Shown: positions 47,187 through 54,639 of the stretch, in pieces | Position numbering within the stretch: position 1 is the stretch's first letter | Layout of the letters: each line of letters opens with the position of its first letter | Source: an uncultured virus (IMG/VR IMGVR_UViG_3300044627_003678) | Taxonomy: Duplodnaviria > Heunggongvirae > Uroviricota > Caudoviricetes | Length of the DNA: 64,000 nt | Strand: one strand, 5' to 3' | IMG/VR virus record: IMGVR_UViG_3300044627_003678 | Position numbers and translations under genes: made by a program | Notes under the pieces: model-generated | The model's database searches: none | Seen by the model: the letters and a program-made list of their open reading frames with translations, nothing else | What the model was told of the DNA's origin: nothing

Positions 47187-47950
47187 TTATCTCTCCTAAG
47201 TAATACGATAGAATAAACAAAAGCAATAGAGCCAACTAGTAGCCATGTTGGAATATCTATACCGACACCATTAGGCCATAGCCCGTTAATATATAGCGAA
47301 AAGTATTCGCTATCTATAAATAATTCTAAGTTCATTATTCGTATTCCTCCCAATCTAGTGTTAAGCCTTTTTCGATTACCTCGTCCATGCTAATCATGTC
47401 CTCATCAAATAGACTTTCCTCGTTATGTTTGTCTAACTTTTCGGCCTCATCTAAGTAGGCATAAGCGTCTGCTATGTCCGCTTGAATAGTGTCCCATTTA
47501 GTCATCATTAGTTATTCACCTGCTCTATCTTATGTATTAGGTATTCGAATTTTAGCGGAGGGTTTGCCTCGTTTAATTCATTAACTAGAGCGATAATTTC
47601 TTTAATGCTCTTAGCGGTTAGTGTGCCTTTTTGTAAAGAGCCTTGCCAAATTGAGTAGGTTAGTTTCATTAGTTATTACCTCCACTAACAATAGCACCGA
47701 CAATAGCAATTAGAGTTATCGTGCCTAACACGATAGGCAAAACAATATGAGGATAATCCTCTACCCAATCAAAAAATAACATTAGTTAGCCTCGCTCTCA
47801 TCTATGTCGAACATTTCAGCAAACACTCTGTTTGCTTGTTGTAAGGCCTCTAGTGCCTCGTTTAGTTTATCCATTTTCTGTCCTTCTTTCGTTAGGTTGT
47901 TCATTAAGGTAAGACTATCATTACTGACCGACAATATCAACACGACACGC

Positions 47951-48133
47951 TTAGAGCGTGGCGTGAGATACCTCACACTCCTCAGAGCAGCGTGGCGTTT
48001 CCGCCATGATTAAGGTCATCAGACCCACACGCTCAGACTTAGTAAGTCTAAGACGGCTAACGGTATCGGACTTGATACCGCCATGATTATATTCGAACAA
48101 AAGTTCGGTATAAATATCATTTAGTTTATTCAT
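47951..48133 (-). CDS. hypothetical protein, first gene of the minus-strand island
   Basis: GAAAGGA RBS. Confidence 0.55.
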   Translation of the reverse strand: MNKLNDIYTELLFEYNHGGIKSDTVSRLRLTKSERVGLMTLIMAETPRCSEECEVSHATL

Positions 48134-48165
48134 TTTAAGTTATCCTTTCTAAGATACTTTCGTGG

Positions 48166-48221
48166 AGAGCGGTTATTTGCTAGGCTCACCCTTTCGGGAT
48201 TATTTGCTAGGCTCACGCTCT
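48166..48221 (-). ncRNA. two-fold symmetric leader RNA
   Basis: AGAGCG-[TGAGCCTAGCAAATAA]-TCCC-GAAA-GGG-[TGAGCCTAGCAAATAA]-CCGCTCT. Confidence 0.6.
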
Positions 48222-48712
48222 AATTCTTTATTTAATTTGTATAATATAATCCTAACAGGGGGGACTGACATTTTGCCTATCACAAATCGGACATGTCGGA
48301 CATTTCAAAATAAATCTTAGAATAATCGTGTGAGATAAACCACATATGGTCGCTCTATCTGGACAAATCGGACATTTTAAAACCCTGGATCATACAAATA
48401 AAATCTATATTAACATTTTGGTAGATATGAATATTATAGTCGACTAGGATTATATATGATATAAAAAGGCGGGGGATGTAGATGTATCATCTATTGCGTA
48501 TATATCCCAGATATAGATATACATTATGGATCTCTTCAGCTACTACGGTATATCTTCAGCAATTTATGTTATATTCCAGTATATAGCATTATATGGGGTA
48601 TATGGGTTGTATTGATTAGTATGGGTATATAGGGTCTTTCATTTCCGCCGACGCACTTTTTTTCCGCAATTCACTTTTAATTTCCTTGTGAATTTAGTAT
48701 ACTGAATACCAT

Positions 48713-48785
48713 TGGTCCATAGCTCAGCTGGCAGAGCGCAGAGCTGTTAACTCTGATGTCCCAGGTTCGAGCCTTGGTGGACCAG
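48713..48785 (+). tRNA. tRNA-Asn(GTT)
   Basis: TGGTCCA/TGGACCA acceptor, CAGAG-CTGTTAA-CTCTG anticodon arm, GTTCGAG. Confidence 0.95.
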
Positions 48786-48807
48786 CATAAATTACAAGGA
48801 GGTAATT

Positions 48808-48900
48808 ATGAAACAAAATAAATTGACACCAGAGGGCGCAATGGCAATTGGCGCACTTGTGGCAGCAATGATTATTCTTTCTATTGTTATAGCATCTTAA
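48808..48900 (+). CDS. 30-aa single-TM peptide between tRNAs
   Basis: AAGGAGGT SD; MKQNKLTPEGAMAIGALVAAMIILSIVIAS. Confidence 0.65.
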   Translation: MKQNKLTPEGAMAIGALVAAMIILSIVIAS

Positions 48901-48904
48901 TTTT

Positions 48905-48976
48905 GGCTTCATCGTCTATCGGATAGGACATCGCCCTTTCACGGCGGAAAGACGGGTTCGATTCCCGTTGGAGCTA
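48905..48976 (+). tRNA. tRNA-Glu(TTC)
   Basis: GGCTTCA/TGGAGCT acceptor, TCGCC-CTTTCAC-GGCGG anticodon arm, GTTCGAT. Confidence 0.93.
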
Positions 48977-49777
48977 CTAAAATAAAGTGTTTACAGTTTT
49001 TATAATTTCTTTAGAAATGTTTCTATAAACAGATTCTGTATATTTTGGCAACAAGCCGTCCATTTTAGTTCCTTTATAGATTTCTAAATCGCCAGTTCTG
49101 GCATGGTCTATGTTTAAGGTGTTAGAACCTACGGACTCGTATACTACGGATTGACTTACTGGGGGAAGCAGTCCTTTTTCTTTAGAGAATTCATGCAAAG
49201 CTTTATTAAAATCATTGTTTGCTTGCATCCTTACATCATAAGGATAACTTGGGTAATTATATGTATTTAATTCTTCAAACTGTGGGAAAGCTTCAATAAA
49301 TCTAATTTTTTTAGAAGGAAAAGTATTAACAAAACAGTCTACATAGTCTTGAACAATTAGTTCGGCATTACTGTATTTAGGTATCCAGGTTCTGCAATCT
49401 ATGTATCCCAACCAAGGCATAATTAAATCTGCTTCTAAAATTTTCGAAACCCCAAATTGTAGTTCTACGCTATCATGTTCACGTTTAAATGTATCTTCGG
49501 CTAATGAAGAAATAGTGTTTTGATTAATGTTTTCAGAAAAATCAAGCCCAAAACATTTAAATCCAGCATACCCCCAAAAATCAACTTGTATATTAGTATC
49601 AGCAATAAATTTTGAATCGTCTAAAGTAATTGCATATCTATTTATTGTATATTTGCTTACCCTATCTTGTTCCGCCACCGATTCATGATTAAATCCTGCA
49701 TTTGCATTTATGTGCTGACCACACACTCTAGCTGTATGACAATCTCCAACAACAAATACTTTTATTTTATTGTCCAT
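48977..49777 (-). CDS. SGNH-like hypothetical protein, paralog of 15766
   Basis: VVGDCHT.R, IMPWLGYID, FIEAFPQF. Confidence 0.6.
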   Translation of the reverse strand: MDNKIKVFVVGDCHTARVCGQHINANAGFNHESVAEQDRVSKYTINRYAITLDDSKFIADTNIQVDFWGYAGFKCFGLDFSENINQNTISSLAEDTFKREHDSVELQFGVSKILEADLIMPWLGYIDCRTWIPKYSNAELIVQDYVDCFVNTFPSKKIRFIEAFPQFEELNTYNYPSYPYDVRMQANNDFNKALHEFSKEKGLLPPVSQSVVYESVGSNTLNIDHARTGDLEIYKGTKMDGLLPKYTESVYRNISKEIIKTVNTLF

Positions 49778-49843
49778 ATATACATTATACTATATTAAAT
49801 ATTTGATTTGACGAAGTTTATTTACCCATGTTATACTTCTAGC

Positions 49844-50045
49844 CTTGGACAGTTTTCGGAGATAATATCAAGGGGTTAAACTCCAAGTGCGACAATGACG
49901 GAAGTGTTATTAGTCTGATGATCTAATCCATAGATTATTCAACCGATGAATTGCAGGCTTACAACCTTAAAAGACAATTTCGGGGTCCTTTTACAAAAAA
50001 AGGGGTGTAGGGGTTGTATGCTCCAAATCTGGAAGTATCCAATTA
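49844..50045 (+). ncRNA. candidate ~200-nt multi-stem non-coding RNA
   Basis: TTGACG-N18-TATACT promoter; no plausible + strand ORF; six or more stems. Confidence 0.55.
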
Positions 50046-50461
50046 AAAGAACATAATAATATAAATATATGCTTAAAGTATAAGAAAGATAAAAATGAGA
50101 ATTTGGGACTTTGATCTTAGACCAATACCAGTAGATCATGAGACTGATTGGGAATACATTAATAGATGCCATAAGGTCCATACATACGTAGTTGGTCCTA
50201 ATCCTCCAGCTATATGGTGGAGTATATAATCTACATATATATTCTAGTTGACTAAGATATATATTAGATATATAATAAATATATGAACTCTATTCATCAG
50301 AAATTAGTAGCAAGTTGTTTAATAATTATGATGGCATATATAGCGTTTGCTTACATCTTAGCCTAAATTTAAAATAGCCTTTAAAAGCCCTCTAAGGCCT
50401 ATATCCCGATTTTCTGGGCATATAGCTAGGGGTAAGTATGGGTTCTCTACTTTCGACGCAC

Positions 50462-51436
50462 TTACATTAAAGACGATATATCTTTATTATTCTTAATAAC
50501 ACAAGGAGTAATTCTTTTATATGGGTCACTAGCTCTATCTATTGCAATAGAATCTAATGAATTAAATATTTCTGGCGTTACTCTATTATTTTTTACATTT
50601 TCAGTATATTCATTTAAATATTCATCAAAACTTTTTTCTGGATTTTTTAAAGAGTTGTATTCTTCAAGCTTATTCATTTTTACTTGTCCATCCACATATG
50701 ATAAAAATTGTCTTATATAATATTTAGAGTTTTCACCTTTTAATTTTTTAACTCCATGATAAATATCTACTGGAAATATTAATCCATCCCCTGCCTGCAT
50801 TTTATACTCAAAATAATTTTCTATTAACCAGGCCTCTCCAGTTTCTCCAGATACCGAGTCTACATATGGTGCTTTTTCTATATTTTCATGATCAAAAAAT
50901 ATTATATCTCCACCCTCATAATCATCATTTACATAGATGTTAAAATTAAATGAATGATTTTGATCTGTTGCTATTCCTTTTATAACATCTTGATGAATAT
51001 CCATCTGCCAACCTGCAGAGGCATTTTTATTAGTTTCAAAAATTACAAAATCAGCCATCATAACTCTATGAGGAGAGACATCTTCATCTAAATCTTTTAA
51101 AGATGTAGGTATACTTTTAGGTATATTATTTTTTTCAAAATATTCTAAATCATAAAAATCATTTTTATAAATTTTTAAAATTTCAAAAAATATATCTAGG
51201 CATTCTTTCTGAAGCTCAGCTCCTTGACTATTATTGCTTAAATAAGAACGGTCATCCATTGGATAGGCTTTTGCATAATTACCCCAGGGGTGCCAATCAC
51301 GCCATACCTCTTTACCAAAATAAGGATCATTGCTATTTTTAGAATTTTTTATAAATTCATAAGTGGCAGATGGGTCCTTTAATACATTTTTAAATAATAA
51401 AATTCCATTTCCTAAATTAATTGGTTTTAGTGTCAT
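50462..51436 (-). CDS. 2OG-Fe(II) oxygenase
   Basis: HQD...YVNDDYEGGDI...AGDGLIFP...HGVK. Confidence 0.85.
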   Translation of the reverse strand: MTLKPINLGNGILLFKNVLKDPSATYEFIKNSKNSNDPYFGKEVWRDWHPWGNYAKAYPMDDRSYLSNNSQGAELQKECLDIFFEILKIYKNDFYDLEYFEKNNIPKSIPTSLKDLDEDVSPHRVMMADFVIFETNKNASAGWQMDIHQDVIKGIATDQNHSFNFNIYVNDDYEGGDIIFFDHENIEKAPYVDSVSGETGEAWLIENYFEYKMQAGDGLIFPVDIYHGVKKLKGENSKYYIRQFLSYVDGQVKMNKLEEYNSLKNPEKSFDEYLNEYTENVKNNRVTPEIFNSLDSIAIDRASDPYKRITPCVIKNNKDISSLM

Positions 51437-51581
51437 TTTTATACTTTCTAGGTTTAAATACTTTTTTAAAAAAATTTTCAATTTTATTTTGCATTTTTAT
51501 TTCAGGACTTTCATTTTTATAATGTTCTGATTGAAAATACGGATTAAACATTTGATCAGAAAAATATCTTCTTGGAGTCAT
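51417..51581 (-). CDS. small hypothetical protein
   Basis: MTPRRYFSDQMFNPYF; leaderless after TATAAT. Confidence 0.55.
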   Translation of the reverse strand: MTPRRYFSDQMFNPYFQSEHYKNESPEIKMQNKIENFFKKVFKPRKYKNDTKTN

Positions 51582-51604
51582 AGTATAATTATACAGCAAT
51601 ATAG

Positions 51605-51684
51605 TATAAAACCCAACCAGAGGCGGATCCGATTGGGTTTTGCTACTTATTGTAGCTACGTAAGGAGCCTAAGCTCGACCTACA
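51605..51684 (-). ncRNA. candidate ~80-nt three-hairpin small RNA
   Basis: TTGACT-N17-TACAAT promoter (51718-51690); three hairpins, the last followed by U residues. Confidence 0.6.
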
Positions 51685-51714
51685 AAATAATTGTATAATT
51701 AATATTTTTTAAAG

Positions 51715-52362
51715 TCAACTATTATTAATTTTTTTAAAATATTTTTTTCTATAATCTGATTTCCATAAAAACATAATTAAATTAATTCGCTCACCAGACT
51801 CTACTTTATTTACTAAATGTGGAAAATTCATATCTCCACGAAAAAATATAAGCGTTCCAGGATTTGGTTTTAATTTTAATTTTTGTAATGGAAATTCAAT
51901 TTCCCCACCCATGTAATTATTATTTAAATATAGTATTGCAGAATAGTCTGGCTCTAATCCTAGTTCATTTGCAGCAAATGGATCTGTTCCATATGGCAAA
52001 TAAAATGATCCGTCGGGCTCGTAATTATCGTAGTGCTCTTTAATCTCAGACCCAGAAGTCATTTTACTATAAAAAATTGTTCTTAAATCTATTTCTACAT
52101 TATATTTTTTTGATAAAATTTGTTTTATAGAAATAATAGAACTTGTTAACAAATCTATAGATATATTTTTATTAATATTTTCAGAATATTCGGAAAATTT
52201 CTTATTACTACCTATTTGCCAAGCAGACTCTATTCCATGACTTGGACCACCATAAATACCCAAATTTTCTGTTTCTGAAAAAGAGTCATTAAATGAATTT
52301 ATTATAAAATTACAAGAATCCTCAGATAAAAAATTTTCTAAAATTTCTATATTATTTTCCAT
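51715..52362 (-). CDS. 2OG-Fe(II) oxygenase
   Basis: HYD...YLNNNYMGGEIEFP...PGTLIFF...HLVNKVESGER. Confidence 0.88.
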   Translation of the reverse strand: MENNIEILENFLSEDSCNFIINSFNDSFSETENLGIYGGPSHGIESAWQIGSNKKFSEYSENINKNISIDLLTSSIISIKQILSKKYNVEIDLRTIFYSKMTSGSEIKEHYDNYEPDGSFYLPYGTDPFAANELGLEPDYSAILYLNNNYMGGEIEFPLQKLKLKPNPGTLIFFRGDMNFPHLVNKVESGERINLIMFLWKSDYRKKYFKKINNS

Positions 52363-52394
52363 TTATATAGTATACTATATAAAAAGGATATATT

Positions 52395-52838
52395 ATAAAA
52401 ACTTGTGGATCTTGTACGAAATGCTGTGACGGCACCCTGGCCAACACAGTAAGAGGTCATGAAATGTTTCCAGGTCAATCTTGTTTCTTTTTAGAAATAG
52501 GAGGAGTTTGTAAGGATTATGAAAATAGACCAGATGATCCATGTAAACAATATAAATGTCTTTGGTTGCAACAAGAGGATGTTCCAGATTTTATTAAGCC
52601 AGAAAATGCAAATGCAATAATAGATATTGCAATATTTCAAAATAAAAAATATTTAAGATTAGTTAAATCATATGAAAGTTATAGCCCCGATATTTTAACT
52701 TATGCTATAGAATATGCTAGATTTAATAAACTACCATTAATTTGGAATGATAGCTCAGGAAATTTTCATCATCTAGGAGATAATATTTTTTGTGAAAATG
52801 TAATAAAATTCATGCAAAGGAAAAAACATGGGTCATAG
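52395..52838 (+). CDS. YkgJ-like CxxCxxCC zinc/iron-chelating protein (non-ATG start)
   Basis: in-frame upstream extension IKTCGSCTKCCDG, then C..L...C..YENRP..PC..YKC. Confidence 0.7.
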   Translation: MKTCGSCTKCCDGTLANTVRGHEMFPGQSCFFLEIGGVCKDYENRPDDPCKQYKCLWLQQEDVPDFIKPENANAIIDIAIFQNKKYLRLVKSYESYSPDILTYAIEYARFNKLPLIWNDSSGNFHHLGDNIFCENVIKFMQRKKHGS

Positions 52839-53370
52839 AATAAAAGTTATAGAAAATTTATTAACCGAAAAAGAATGTAGCGATATTATTAATTTAATTA
52901 ATAATGGAAAAGTATCTGTTTTTAAAGATAGCAAAAGCGCAAGAATTTTAGAAGAGTCAGAAGAGGTGAATTTAATATTAAAAAAATATTCTGATATTTT
53001 AACAAAACTGCATAAAGACGAATACGGCTTTTATCCAGAGCTTTACACAACTCAAGCATATTTAACTGCATGGGTTCAAGGAGGGTACGCTGGGCCGCAC
53101 ATTGATAATCCTAGACATGGAGAAGGATTTATTCAATTTAGTAGCATTATTTATTTAAATGAAAATTTTGAAGGTGGAGAAATTGAATTTCCAAATCAAA
53201 AATTTAAATATAAAGCAAAATCTGGATCTGCCGTTATATTTCCAAGCGCAGGTACTGAATATTTACATAAAGTAAATGAAGTTAAAAATGGAATTAGGTA
53301 TACAATTGCAATGTGGCATTCAAGTAGAAAAGATCGTGCCAATAAATCTTTGTACCCAGACTTAAATTAA
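52828..53370 (+). CDS. 2OG-Fe(II) oxygenase
   Basis: HID...YLNENFEGGEIEFP...HKVNEVKNGIRY. Confidence 0.9.
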   Translation: MGHRIKVIENLLTEKECSDIINLINNGKVSVFKDSKSARILEESEEVNLILKKYSDILTKLHKDEYGFYPELYTTQAYLTAWVQGGYAGPHIDNPRHGEGFIQFSSIIYLNENFEGGEIEFPNQKFKYKAKSGSAVIFPSAGTEYLHKVNEVKNGIRYTIAMWHSSRKDRANKSLYPDLN

Positions 53371-53371
53371 T

Positions 53372-53578
53372 TTATTCAATATTTTTTAATAAATCTTTAG
53401 ACTGTAAGGCATCTAAAATTTCAGAACAAACTTGTCTATAGTATGGTTGAGCTGCAAGTATTTGTTTTTCAAGTTCTATTAAACTATTTCCAGATTCAAC
53501 AGCAATAATTCTATTTCTGGTATTAATTTTTTCTACCATTAATTCTATTGCTTGCATTTTATTCATTTGAGTCTCCAC
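53372..53578 (-). CDS. hypothetical protein
   Basis: coupled ORF. Confidence 0.6.
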   Translation of the reverse strand: METQMNKMQAIELMVEKINTRNRIIAVESGNSLIELEKQILAAQPYYRQVCSEILDALQSKDLLKNIE

Positions 53579-53780
53579 CTTCTGTTGTAAATGCAGGGGC
53601 TGGGCCTAATAAAAATCCCTTTTCATGATACTCTATTAGTTTAGCCACTTCATCCCCATCATCCTTTGATGAGTATTTTGCTAATAACGTTAAAACATCG
53701 TATATTCTATGTAGCATTATATAGTTTACCATAGGCAAATTATCTTCAAGATTTTTGGCTTGCTTGTTATCGTCAGACAT
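53559..53780 (-). CDS. hypothetical protein
   Basis: NLEDNLPMVNYIMLHRIYD. Confidence 0.65.
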   Translation of the reverse strand: MSDDNKQAKNLEDNLPMVNYIMLHRIYDVLTLLAKYSSKDDGDEVAKLIEYHEKGFLLGPAPAFTTEGGDSNE

Positions 53781-53985
53781 TTTTATCAACTCTTTCTTTT
53801 ATGTCGCTATACAATTTTTCTCCAATAAATTTTTTATAGGAGCATGATAAACAATATAAGTATATATTGTCTTCCAAATCTAAATTAGATTGAAGAAGGC
53901 CTTGGTCCATTGGGCACTCAAGCCTAGGCACAAGACCATCTTCTGATAAAGCTATATATTGAGATACATATTGTATCTGTCGCAA
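53773..53985 (-). CDS. zinc-ribbon protein
   Basis: CPMD...CLSC; TTG start after AAGGAG. Confidence 0.65.
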   Translation of the reverse strand: MRQIQYVSQYIALSEDGLVPRLECPMDQGLLQSNLDLEDNIYLYCLSCSYKKFIGEKLYSDIKERVDKNV

Positions 53986-53994
53986 AATTGCTCC

Positions 53995-54561
53995 TTAAGC
54001 TTTAGGGAATTGATTAATCAACTCCTTGGCCTTTCCTATTGAGTTAGGCCATGACGACCAATCTTTACCGCCCTTGGTCATATAGTACGTTATCTCTGCG
54101 TTTGTTACTGGATCAAATAATTCCTTATTTGACACTAAATTGAATTTTTCTAATCTATCTACACCAAGTTCCCCTAGCATATTAATTTGAAAAATCCCGT
54201 AAGATTTATCACCAGTTGATTTGTTGTCGTTTAGAGCAAGCGGTCTTCCGTTAGACTCTACCCTAGCAACAGCCCAAGCTGTTTTTAAAGCAATTCCTTC
54301 AAATCCCACAGCCCATAATAAATCTTTTAAATCTTCGGCTGCAAGCATTTCAGAATGCTTATAAGTTTCATTGCTGAACTTATTTATTATTTCTCTCTTT
54401 AGTTGTTTTTCGGTTTTTTGTACCTTTTCAGGCGCAGTTGTTAAAGCTTGACTCATTGTAGGTCCAGGCTGGACTGTAAATAAAAATAATGTTATCATTA
54501 TAATAACAGTCCAATTATGAACTACATCGCTCAAACTTTGTTTGATTCTCTCCATTGGCAT
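53995..54561 (-). CDS. lytic transglycosylase / lysozyme-like protein with N-terminal TM
   Basis: AVARVESNG...SYGIFQIN...NA...W..W. Confidence 0.85.
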   Translation of the reverse strand: MPMERIKQSLSDVVHNWTVIIMITLFLFTVQPGPTMSQALTTAPEKVQKTEKQLKREIINKFSNETYKHSEMLAAEDLKDLLWAVGFEGIALKTAWAVARVESNGRPLALNDNKSTGDKSYGIFQINMLGELGVDRLEKFNLVSNKELFDPVTNAEITYYMTKGGKDWSSWPNSIGKAKELINQFPKA

Positions 54562-54639
54562 TCCTCCTTTAGAGATAACGAACTATAATAGTAGCATTGA
54601 TTACTTAAGCGTGTCAACCCAGTTGACCAGAAAGAATTT

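Larger units (their letters stand above)
39139..48271 (-). promoter_or_regulatory. 11 dispersed PafBC/RecA-NDp-type promoters (TGTCRG-N10-TANNNT)
   Basis: -10 hexamers start (plus coordinates) at 39139, 40923, 41831, 43065, 44111, 44427, 45555, 46362, 46753, 47912 and 48249, each exactly 10 nt from TGTC(A/G)G. Confidence 0.88.

Noticed and set aside
49915..49945. Hammerhead ribozyme (CUGAUGA)
   Set aside because: No GAAA after the putative stem II and no matching stems I/III
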